The notes: generated from the sequence alone by a model not told the origin. 64,000 nt of DNA from Nitrosopumilaceae archaeon (GCA_965207375.1 OZ242274.1:256001-320000), one strand, 5' to 3'. Shown: positions 1 to 8,982, counted from the stretch's first letter. A program made the numbers and translations.

Positions 1-24
1 GATTCCAAGGTGTAAAGTTTTCAT
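1..24 (-). CDS. 5' end of a probable paralog of the 57754-59811 secreted protein (MKTLHLGI...), running off the window edge
   Basis: Positions 10-40 are identical to 59797-59827, covering the start codon and leader; only 8 codons are visible. Confidence 0.6.
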
Positions 25-339
25 GAAATTAACGGGGGGGTTCTAAAAATGTTGCGATTTGGATGCTGTCATCCACATTTTTTTCAAATCACCATCAGCC
101 ATATTTTCGAGAGACTTGCAATGTAAACAATATATATCAATTAATGTATAAGGTATACATGAACAAGAGAGAATACAAATGGGAAGAACACCACTATAAG
201 ATGGTAGACGAATGTGAAAAAATGTTCAAAGATGGTACCCAAGGTAAAAAAATAGATATTTAGTTTAATAGAGTTTATGCGTAATCAACCAAAATAATTT
301 TTCCAATCAGATATCTGTGTGAGATTTGTCATAGTCTCA

Positions 340-375
340 AGTAAAATATGCATACACAGTAAAATATGCATACAC
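340..375. repeat. 18-bp tandem duplication AGTAAAATATGCATACAC x2
   Basis: Read directly from sequence. Confidence 0.8.
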
Positions 376-422
376 GACAAAAAATCATGCGCAGACATGT
401 GCATTTGTAAATTACATGTATC

Positions 423-2165
423 GATTCTCCAGCATTAATTGTTGGTAAAAGTCAATATACAAATTTTCTCTGGATTGCCCGTGCCTAGATTACTGCCTGT
501 ACCAGCAGATCAATCACACATTATCAAAGCAATCACACATTAGCAGAACATAATCTTCTCCGAGTTGTCACTGTTTCATCACACATGTAACTTTGACATT
601 ATAGTTTATTGCACGTACAGTGCAGCGTTTGATATTACGGTCCTCCACTTTTGTCCGTGTATAGTTATGCCTGCAGCCTCTGCAGGCGTCCTGCCTCCAA
701 GACTCGAGTGAGGTCGCATGAAATTGTAATAAATATCACATCCTGCAAATATTGGCGAGTTTTTACTTTTAATGCCGCGTCTGGGTCGTTGTATAGAACG
801 TAATGTTCCATTGAATCTTTCCTGGACATTGTTGTTGTTCTTTTTGGAAATTCCTGCATTTGATATGTGTATACAATGTTGATGTATCGCGTTTGGTGCA
901 GCATACACTGATTCAAATGCCTGTGCATATGAGGGCAGGGCATCGCTTACAAATTCTGTAGGTTTCTTTCCGGCACGAACTGCTGCAGTTTTGAGTAGAT
1001 TTTCTGCATTGTGTCCGTCCTTGCAGTCTGCAACCTCCAATGCCAGCAAAAATCGGGTATCATAATCAGTCTCTGCAAAAAGATAATTTTGTTTACCTCT
1101 TATTGAAATGTATTCCTCGTCTGCACAGAATCGATTGCCTGTATTAATTGAAAGTGACATCAGGTATCTATACGCCATTGTTACAAATTTGATTATCCAT
1201 CTGTATATCGTAGATATACACACATACACTCCCTTTTGTGCTAGCGTGTCTTGTATTGCAGTAGGTGTATGTCCTTTAAAGTAGGCATCAAGTGCATCTA
1301 GAATTGCCCATGATTCTATTCGTGCATGTTCCATGCCGCCTCTGTACCCAAAAACACGCTTGCAATTTTTGCATTGGTATCGCTGTGTAATGCCATTTTG
1401 ACGCTGTATATGACCATATTTTATGAGACGGTCGTTACCGCAACGAATACAGTGGGATGGGATTTCTATTAGACATATTTCTGTGACCTTTTCAGTGCTG
1501 TCATCTGTATCTTTGATCTGTTTGTCCTGGCAAGGCAGCTCAGACGCATCTTTGGGGTGTCCATCCATTATTGTCTCTGCCTCTCTATCTGTTACATCTG
1601 CAATTACTGCCAGGATGTGTTTGCATTGAGCTTGTCTGTATTTGTAATCTGGACAGTCACATGACCAAGAATTTTTTTTCTGTATCACGGTATATCTGAT
1701 GTTGTCCTTAGATTGGGACTGTACTGTGTAATGGTTAGGTTTGACTTTTTTTATTGCATTTTGTGTTTCTAGTATTTTCAAGGCACGGTTTCCACGCCCT
1801 TGTGCACCCTTACTCCAGGATACACGTGTACTCATCCATCTGGTAACTCGTGTCATTTTGTCAGTACTGCGCGTAAGCAGTGTAGATGTCTTGTTTCGTA
1901 TAGCCTCAAATTTTTCGTGTAGTTTAAATTTTGATCCTGTACATGGTTTTTGATGTGTTTGTCCCATCATTGTGGTAATCGATGGGACTACATGTCGTGT
2001 GTATTTGGATCATGTGGGTTAACAAATTTTGAAAAAATGGTTAAATTTTTGATCTCTTTTACCTGCACAAGAACAAACTATGTAACAATTGAAGAAATTT
2101 TAGGCACGGGCAATTCGGAGAAAATTTGCATATTGACTTTGACCAACAGATAACGCTGGAGAATC
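423..2165 (-). mobile_element. IS6-like element with long TIRs
   Basis: About 65-bp imperfect inverted repeats at 423-487 and 2101-2165; 8-bp TSD CATGTATC (415-422, 2166-2173). Confidence 0.88.
606..1970 (-). CDS. IS6-like DDE transposase with N-terminal SWIM zinc finger and zinc ribbon
   Basis: SWIM motif CDCPD..CKHI; CxxC..CxxC ribbon; ADEEY, VSDAL, QERFNG and YNFMRPHSSLGGRTPAEAAG motifs; true start uncertain. Confidence 0.85.
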   Translation of the reverse strand: MMGQTHQKPCTGSKFKLHEKFEAIRNKTSTLLTRSTDKMTRVTRWMSTRVSWSKGAQGRGNRALKILETQNAIKKVKPNHYTVQSQSKDNIRYTVIQKKNSWSCDCPDYKYRQAQCKHILAVIADVTDREAETIMDGHPKDASELPCQDKQIKDTDDSTEKVTEICLIEIPSHCIRCGNDRLIKYGHIQRQNGITQRYQCKNCKRVFGYRGGMEHARIESWAILDALDAYFKGHTPTAIQDTLAQKGVYVCISTIYRWIIKFVTMAYRYLMSLSINTGNRFCADEEYISIRGKQNYLFAETDYDTRFLLALEVADCKDGHNAENLLKTAAVRAGKKPTEFVSDALPSYAQAFESVYAAPNAIHQHCIHISNAGISKKNNNNVQERFNGTLRSIQRPRRGIKSKNSPIFAGCDIYYNFMRPHSSLGGRTPAEAAGITIHGQKWRTVISNAALYVQ

Positions 2166-2191
2166 CATGTATCGATTTGAATATAGTATTG

Positions 2192-3379
2192 TTATTTACT
2201 GTCCAGTATCTTGTCTTTCCAGTAATGATATGTGCCGTCTGCCCACATCTTGCGCTTGTTGTACATGCCACAGATACCGTTGAATTCAACATTGAACTCT
2301 TCTGCAGTGCCATCATATCGTCCCGCTATACGCTTCCAGTTTTTCACATGTGCAAAGACGTGTTCTACTGGTACACGCCTCTTAGAGTGTGCCTTGTTGA
2401 ATGCCTTTTGTGTTGAGGTAAGCTCACCGCCCTTTGGCTTTTTGTATGGTAATTTTGCAGTTATTCCAGCAAGATATTGTTCAATTCCGATATATCCTCC
2501 ATCTGCATTGAGTCTTATGCGATGTGCATCAGGTACATCTTTGTCACCTGTCATATAGTCAAGCCACTTGCCAAAGTCTGGTAGTCCCTCAGTCAATACC
2601 TTAAGATCATGACAGCTTCCCTCTCTAGAATCACTTATTCCAACAATGTACCTGTCTTTGTTTATCAGCATAGCAGTGCTGATGGCAAATGTCTTTTTCT
2701 TGCCAGAGTACTGTTTCTTTCGCTCATCTTTGTCTGCGGGCCGTGCCTTTGCAACTAGTGTGCCATCTACGGTCAACTCACCACCGTCTTTTCCAGGTAC
2801 TATTTCCTTGAATTTCTTTTTGGATTTTATAGTGGCGATATAATCTGTAATGTTGTTTGGTGTAACAATATACAGCTCGTCATTGTGTAGATTTGCAAAC
2901 TTTAGGTATCTTGAGACCGTACCTTGGTCTATTCCAAAAAATGCCCCAAGTGCTGCCTGCGTCAGGTTTTGAGCCTTGCGTATCATATCCATGAGAAGAA
3001 AGTGTCGGACATACAGATTGCACTGGTTTCCAGGATCTTCATTTCTGTCTGTATCGTCTCGAAAATGTGGTGCATCTTTGGATTTTTTGATGATGTTTAG
3101 TAAATCTTTTAGCGTATCATCAAATAGCTTTTTGGTGTTACGTGTAAGTGCATACAGCAGATCACCATTTGCAATGATATAATCTAGTGTTTCATGTATG
3201 TGAAGCAACTTTGCAGGCTGTACAGATGTGTGTCTGTTTTTTCCAAGTTCGGTACCCCACAGCGAGTCTTCTCGAGCAAGTTGCATCTTTAACTTTGAAT
3301 TCTCTTTATGTAGCTTTGATTTTTCTCTTTCAATCTTTTTGAGTTTTGTTTCTAGCTCTGCTTGTGTCTGTTTTTTCAC
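2192..3379 (-). CDS. IS5/ISL2-like transposase (HTH plus DDE_Tnp_4 type)
   Basis: VDGT, YSGKKK, GSCHD, ADGGYIG and RVPVEHVFAHVKNW motifs; HTH FGIDQGTVSR. Confidence 0.88.
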   Translation of the reverse strand: MKKQTQAELETKLKKIEREKSKLHKENSKLKMQLAREDSLWGTELGKNRHTSVQPAKLLHIHETLDYIIANGDLLYALTRNTKKLFDDTLKDLLNIIKKSKDAPHFRDDTDRNEDPGNQCNLYVRHFLLMDMIRKAQNLTQAALGAFFGIDQGTVSRYLKFANLHNDELYIVTPNNITDYIATIKSKKKFKEIVPGKDGGELTVDGTLVAKARPADKDERKKQYSGKKKTFAISTAMLINKDRYIVGISDSREGSCHDLKVLTEGLPDFGKWLDYMTGDKDVPDAHRIRLNADGGYIGIEQYLAGITAKLPYKKPKGGELTSTQKAFNKAHSKRRVPVEHVFAHVKNWKRIAGRYDGTAEEFNVEFNGICGMYNKRKMWADGTYHYWKDKILDSK

Positions 3380-3838
3380 AGATCCTTCTCATAAAGAGAT
3401 AATTTAATCACGCATGTCTAAATTATTCATGTTTTGAGATAATTTACTAAAATTTTGTGACTAGCATTTTTTAAAAACGGTGATTACGCATAATCTCTAA
3501 TGTATTTTTAGTTATTTTATGATATTCTGGAAATGTATAACTACATTTAACACTAATTTTAACAAAAAATATGACTACCTTTCAGATCCATCAATAGACC
3601 TTATACAACACTTAAGAGAAAATTATAACATATGATGTTCCGACAAACCATGAGGATTATGTTCCATGTGAACATATTGAGAAGAGTAAAAATTACCTGT
3701 TATTCATACTTGGTAGCAGAGTGGAAGTTTTAATCAAACCTGATTATACAAGTAGGGAGTTATGCTTTATGGATTGTAACGACTTGTAATATTACAACAC
3801 ATCTCAATAATTCTTCTATATTAGAGAATCTCCTGCGT

Positions 3839-5137
3839 CAGTTAACTCATCAGCAACGCAGAATCCGCTTCAATATCCGGCGGAGGCTTTGGATTGATCT
3901 GAGATTCGAACAACATTGTAATTTTAAACTCAAGTGTGACAAATGAAATTCCACACCATTTAGTGTCATACAATCCAAAACCAGATTCTGCATTAATTAC
4001 AACCCATTGATTATACAGTATAATTGATGCTGTAAAACACAGTAATCTTGCACATGGACGAGTGCTACGGGTTTTGACTCGAAGATCTTCAATCATGCGG
4101 TACCCTGTTTCAACTCCCCATCTTTTCATGTATGCTGCAACGTCTAGTTCGTTTGAATTACATGCAAATCCAATATATTTTTCACTTGGCTTTTCTGGCT
4201 TGCAATCCTGACATGACGTGCCGTGTTTACATTTGCGTGATGTCCTCTTTACTATCATCATGACATATTTTACAGCCTTGTTATGATTCTCAAGTATGCA
4301 TTCAGATTTTTCATCACGAATCTTTGCGTCAAACTCGTCAAATGCTGCTACCACATTGTGCGTGTTTTTACATGGAGTCATGTAGGTCTGCTTTGCCTTA
4401 TCCATTGCATCTAGTGTTTCGACTGCAAAAAACTCTCTGTCCATCAAAACACATTTGATCGGAATGCCAAAACTTTGGTATTTATCCACGATTTTACGCA
4501 CAAAATCAGCAGTTGACTCTCCTGCATCGATTGGATATGCATCTAGAGTCATTCTGAGTCCTGGGTCAACGCACTGTGCTGTGATGTATCCTTCAAACTG
4601 CCATGTACCTTTTTTGCTTTTGGAACGTAACAGTTCGGGGCCTGGGTTTTTATCGTATCTTGGTATGAGGTGTTTGTCAAATGCCATTGTAATTGGAGTG
4701 TTGTCATTCTTGAGTTTTTTGAGTTGATTTAGTTGATATTCTATTATCTCATCAAATGCATTTTGTACAGTTTCTGGGTCTGCACGTGCAAATGCCTTTC
4801 TTACCCATTCATCCCCTCCAGATGTACCTGTTGCTTTTCTCTTGCCTTCTGCATATCCTCCTGCTGATGCAGTCAAAGCGGCAGCTCCAGTCATTATCTT
4901 TGTCATATCTGATGCATCATGTTCTTTGGTGTCACTGTCTGATATGATACCGCACAGTTCTATGAACTTCTTCAAAGGTGCTGCGATATTTTGATATGTG
5001 AGTGGATTATCCATTATAATGTCAGCCTCTTTTGTTTTTGTTGCATATCAAATCTTCAGAGGCAGGCCTTATTGATCTGTTTCGGTTTACTTTTTTTGAC
5101 GAATATCGTTACTTGTTATCTGCTGGTGGGTTAACTG
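3839..5137 (-). mobile_element. ISH3-like (IS4 superfamily) insertion sequence
   Basis: 17-bp TIRs CAGTTAACTCATCAGCA (3839-3855) / TGCTGGTGGGTTAACTG (5121-5137), 15/17 match; no TSD visible. Confidence 0.75.
3842..5014 (-). CDS. ISH3/IS4-family transposase
   Basis: AFDKH, LMDREFF and YMKRWGVETGYR (YREK-like) motifs; stop codon lies inside the TIR. Confidence 0.85.
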   Translation of the reverse strand: MDNPLTYQNIAAPLKKFIELCGIISDSDTKEHDASDMTKIMTGAAALTASAGGYAEGKRKATGTSGGDEWVRKAFARADPETVQNAFDEIIEYQLNQLKKLKNDNTPITMAFDKHLIPRYDKNPGPELLRSKSKKGTWQFEGYITAQCVDPGLRMTLDAYPIDAGESTADFVRKIVDKYQSFGIPIKCVLMDREFFAVETLDAMDKAKQTYMTPCKNTHNVVAAFDEFDAKIRDEKSECILENHNKAVKYVMMIVKRTSRKCKHGTSCQDCKPEKPSEKYIGFACNSNELDVAAYMKRWGVETGYRMIEDLRVKTRSTRPCARLLCFTASIILYNQWVVINAESGFGLYDTKWCGISFVTLEFKITMLFESQINPKPPPDIEADSALLMS

Positions 5138-5334
5138 AAGTCAATTGTTTTTTACCCTAGATAGTAGCACAACTCTACCTAAACTAGTATGATAAATTTC
5201 GTACCTAAAATTTGGGTTATGCTACTCCAATATGAAAAATCCCTTGGCTACGTGTCTGATTCTGTACAGTGTGCATTTGCAGATCAGAATATCTTTTGCT
5301 AGCTAGTCTAGTCTTTTATGCTTTCTTTATGTCA

Positions 5335-5613
5335 TTACTGTGTCCATCTGTAATAATTGGCTTCTGCTTGTGCTCTACCTATTCCTTTATACTCTTCCAT
5401 CTCGTGTTGAATCCATCTTTCTTTTTCATAGTTCTCATGCCATATCCAATAATGTTCATCTAGTGGTTTGATCAAACCTTCCTTTACTGCCTGATCCCAT
5501 GCTTCTTGTGTATCAAACCATCCCCAACTATCCATGTCAGCAATTATGTCGCCTTTTGGTCTGGTTGATTTTCCAAGTGTTATTTTTATGAATTGTTTAG
5601 TTTCAGGGTCCAT
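5335..5613 (-). CDS. Hypothetical Trp-rich 92-aa protein
   Basis: ATG-started ORF with protein-like composition; no family recognised. Confidence 0.55.
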   Translation of the reverse strand: MDPETKQFIKITLGKSTRPKGDIIADMDSWGWFDTQEAWDQAVKEGLIKPLDEHYWIWHENYEKERWIQHEMEEYKGIGRAQAEANYYRWTQ

Positions 5614-5726
5614 TATTCAAACACCATGTCAATACATCTTGTTTCTATATATCATCATCGGAAGTATGGCTTTAGGATAGGTTCGGTTCAAATCCAACTT
5701 CTGTTATTTAATTTCTATACAAAATA

Positions 5727-5827
5727 CAGCTAAATGAAATGTGTACAAAATAGGCCAAAACTTATTCCAAAATGCAAAGAGAACAACAGGGGCGGGATAG
5801 GAATTTGAACGACATTTCGCTTAGCTG
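5727..5827 (+). mobile_element. 101-bp MITE, CAG-ended family (copy 1)
   Basis: TIR CAGCTAAATGAAATGT / ACATTTCGCTTAGCTG; homologous inverted copy at 8691-8791. Confidence 0.8.
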
Positions 5828-5905
5828 ATAAGGCCGTAAAACACAAGGATCGTCACCATAAAATCATCATGTAATAGAGGAATCTGTAATTATTTTTTTT
5901 ATGCA

Positions 5906-7455
5906 TAGTAATTTGAAAAAAGAATGGAACCCAAATTCCTGAAAAAAAGAGCCTGCATGCCCATATCTTGGGCCAAATTGGACAGGAATGTGCCTGCTTA
6001 GTTGCATTTTTGTCATATTTGGTAACGTATGGGATCAATGAAATTAGAACTTGCGATACAAAAGATTGACGTGCCTAGAAGCAATTATGATACAACAGCT
6101 AAAGGCACATCAAGATACACTTGATAATGCCATATTTAACTGCCCATGTTGGGAGGACGATATTTTATGAAGCCATCCTCAGGGGTAAAGAGAGGAATAG
6201 AGTTTCTCAAAGGTACCACTACGTCTGAGATGGAACATCGCCTAAAGGCAGAGCACTCAGGCAAGTCGCGTGAGCGGCTACAGGCAGCACTGCTGCGCAG
6301 ACAGGGCCTAGATCTAGAATCTATACGTAAAATTCTAGGACGAGGTAAGGGCAGCATCTCAAGATGGCTCAACAGGATGCAAAAAGAAGGACCTGATGCG
6401 ATACTTGACGGCAAGAGTACCGGAAGACCCTGCAAGCTCTCAAAGGTACAACAGGAGGCAGTCAGAATATCTCTTGCCCAGGATCCAATGTGCAGCGGTT
6501 TTGAGCGCTCAAACTGGACTGCTAGACTGCTTGGAGTACACATTGAGAACAATTATGGTACACAATACAGTGCATCAGGAGCTCTTGCACTTGCGTATGG
6601 CATGGGTTATTCCATCAGAGTGCCTAGATCCGTACCATACAATACACCTGACAAGGAGACAATTGACAAATACGTGTCAAACACCATACAAGCAATTACG
6701 TCACATGCATCTGCTGATTATGCCATATGTTGTTTGGATGCTGTAGGATTTGCCGACTCGCCGTTTTCTGCTCGTGGGATTCGTCTCATAGGTGGACATG
6801 AAACTGTAAAGTCTAACTTTAAGACTGCTACCACAAAGGCAATAGGCGCACTCGGTCAAGACGGACTAGTCTTGGATTTTTATGACGACGTTGGATCTGA
6901 TAGTGTCATAGATTTACTTGAACAGATACGTAAAAAGCATGGCAGAGTCTTTGTGATATGTGATAATGCAAGTGGCCACAAATCCAAAAAGATCAAAGAG
7001 TATTTGGAAAAGGCATGCGGCGATGTTGTCCTGTGGTACCTTCCACCGTACACCCCACAGCACAATCCAATAGAGATGATGTGGCGTGAGATCAAACGGG
7101 CCATTGCAGGAAGATACTTTGGCAGCTTTGAAAAAATGCATGATACCATAAAACAACTCATAAAATCAGGCGAGGTGGCAACTGTAAAGCTGTTCAAATA
7201 CATGCTTGATGCAATAGATCAGGCCAAAAACGTCCTTCAGACATCTGTAATCTGAAAAACATATCAGGATTTCAAGGGTTGTCTTTTCAGGGTAACCTAA
7301 GCTCAAAACTGCACCAATATACCAAAACATGCCACAACATGTTTGATTTTATGAATTTGCCCATATTCTGTCATGATTTTGCGTTTTACCTGTGGCTGAA
7401 ATCTAATAGCACAGGCTACAGCCAGAAAGCGTTCCATTCTTTTTTGCGATTACTA
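5906..7455 (+). mobile_element. IS630-like element, copy 1
   Basis: About 25-bp TIRs TAGTAATTTGAAAAAAGAATGGAAC / GTTCCATTCTTTTTTGCGATTACTA; flanked by TGCA on both sides; near-identical to 31705-33252. Confidence 0.9.
6146..7255 (+). CDS. IS630-family transposase
   Basis: N-terminal HTH, GRP, WTARLL; catalytic CLDA, CDNASGH and LPPYTPQHNPIE. Confidence 0.92.
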   Translation: MLGGRYFMKPSSGVKRGIEFLKGTTTSEMEHRLKAEHSGKSRERLQAALLRRQGLDLESIRKILGRGKGSISRWLNRMQKEGPDAILDGKSTGRPCKLSKVQQEAVRISLAQDPMCSGFERSNWTARLLGVHIENNYGTQYSASGALALAYGMGYSIRVPRSVPYNTPDKETIDKYVSNTIQAITSHASADYAICCLDAVGFADSPFSARGIRLIGGHETVKSNFKTATTKAIGALGQDGLVLDFYDDVGSDSVIDLLEQIRKKHGRVFVICDNASGHKSKKIKEYLEKACGDVVLWYLPPYTPQHNPIEMMWREIKRAIAGRYFGSFEKMHDTIKQLIKSGEVATVKLFKYMLDAIDQAKNVLQTSVI

Positions 7456-7501
7456 TGCACATCTGATGATATTCAGAAAACATATTTGCATCAAATTAAA
7501 A

Positions 7502-7690
7502 TCAGTCTAAAATATGTTCCAAATCTTTTGTAGTGGTTTTGGTGTCCTTATCTACAATATCTACAGTGATTTTTGGCTCTATCATATACGAAAGTGGGTT
7601 TTCTTTACAATCATAAATATCATCAATAACCTCGTCCACACTATCTGTATGGCTTTCTTGTCTTAAATTAGTTTTTACATCAGACCCCAT
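7502..7690 (-). CDS. Small acidic hypothetical protein
   Basis: 62-aa ORF overlapping the end of the upstream gene. Confidence 0.4.
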   Translation of the reverse strand: MGSDVKTNLRQESHTDSVDEVIDDIYDCKENPLSYMIEPKITVDIVDKDTKTTTKDLEHILD

Positions 7691-8595
7691 ATTAAAAGCA
7701 CCATTCCTAAAACAATAGGAATCAAATATAATTTAAATTGATTTCGTCTGATAGAATCACGTGTGGTAAGTTGAGGCAATACTAGAGAACCTCCTATCAT
7801 AAAAAGTGCAATAGATACTTGACTACTCATTATAGATTCTATTCTGACCCATTCCGTAATGTGTAATAATAAGACTGCGCAAAAAATCAAAGATAACACT
7901 CCTACTCCAAGTTTAGTAGAAAATGTAGTCTCAGAAGATGGTTTAAAGGAGTATAGTATAGCAAGATCATTATCAAGTTTGGCAGATATTCTAAAAACTG
8001 ACGCATTGTATGTACGAAATTGTTCTACATGTTTGGGACGTTTGGCAGTTGTAGCAATCCCATTGTTTTCTAACAATGCATAAGACGTTTGCTTAAAGTC
8101 ATAATCTTCTGGGGCATATAGAGAATAATATGAGGGATATTTTTGCGTTTTAACATTTAGTCGAAGTGTTGAACCGACCATATTATAATTTGGTGAATAA
8201 TGCAATATGATAGTTCTAACCTCATTTCTGGTTAATGCAGTGATTTTCGGTATTTTAACCCAAATTAGATTTAGGTGTCCCGAATCAATTTGTTTAATGA
8301 TATGTGTTAGTTTTTGTACGTCTTTCTTCGAACTCTTTTCTAGAAAAGAGTACAATAATTGTTTAACATATTTCGTCGGCATTATGGGCAATGTGTTATT
8401 TTTTTCATCAGTTACCAACAAGTTCGGCAAAATATTTTTTGAAATAAAGATCAAGTTGGTTAAGTTATCCCGTTTTGATCTAATTGTATATTCACTAGTA
8501 ATGCTTCTTTGTGCTTGACTGTCATGTGATATGAATAATCTCTGACGTAATATTTCCATTATTTGATTATTGTTAAAAATAGAATCATCACTCAT
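7675..8595 (-). CDS. Hypothetical membrane protein with about 3 C-terminal TM helices
   Basis: 306-aa ORF, AT-rich, hydrophobic C-terminus. Confidence 0.7.
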   Translation of the reverse strand: MSDDSIFNNNQIMEILRQRLFISHDSQAQRSITSEYTIRSKRDNLTNLIFISKNILPNLLVTDEKNNTLPIMPTKYVKQLLYSFLEKSSKKDVQKLTHIIKQIDSGHLNLIWVKIPKITALTRNEVRTIILHYSPNYNMVGSTLRLNVKTQKYPSYYSLYAPEDYDFKQTSYALLENNGIATTAKRPKHVEQFRTYNASVFRISAKLDNDLAILYSFKPSSETTFSTKLGVGVLSLIFCAVLLLHITEWVRIESIMSSQVSIALFMIGGSLVLPQLTTRDSIRRNQFKLYLIPIVLGMVLLIWGLM

Positions 8596-8690
8596 ACAAA
8601 AAAACCACTAATGTTATTTGTTTTAATTCTATTAGATTTACTCATAATATTTTTGGTAAAAAAATAACTTATTATGGATTGCGATCTATT

Positions 8691-8791
8691 CATCTAAGCG
8701 AAATGTGAGCCAAATTCTTAACCTACCCCTGTTGTTCTCTTTGGATTCTGGGATATATTTTGGTCTATTTTGTACACATTTCGCTTAGCTG
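8691..8791 (-). mobile_element. 101-bp MITE, CAG-ended family (copy 2)
   Basis: Reverse-complement homolog of 5727-5827. Confidence 0.8.
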
Positions 8792-8905
8792 TTGTTTTAG
8801 TTAGTATTATAGATTCGCTCTATTTCCTTGATCGGGATGCATATGATTACCAGACCTATCCTCTTACTGTACGAGTATCAATTCATAAAATTACTCATCT
8901 TCCAG

Positions 8906-8982
8906 AAAGGTGATTCATAATTAGAAAACCGCTTCTAACAAAAGCAAAAATCCATGACTAGATCTAATTACGAACCATGTAT
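8906..8982 (+). mobile_element. 77-bp MITE with ISL2-like ends (copy 1)
   Basis: TIR AGGTGATTCATAATTAG / CTAATTACGAACCAT; inverted homolog at 50435-50511. Confidence 0.75.

Larger units (their letters stand above)
270..3498 (-). mobile_element. IS5-family (ISL2-like) insertion sequence, interrupted by a nested IS6-like element
   Basis: 18-bp TIRs AGAGTTTATGCGTAATCA (270-287) / TGATTACGCATAATCTCT (3481-3498), 1 mismatch; 3-bp TSD AAT (267-269, 3499-3501); transposase at 2192-3379. Confidence 0.85.

Noticed and set aside
63-263. 66-aa ORF
   Set aside because: Short, AT-rich and unrecognised; cannot be supported as a gene
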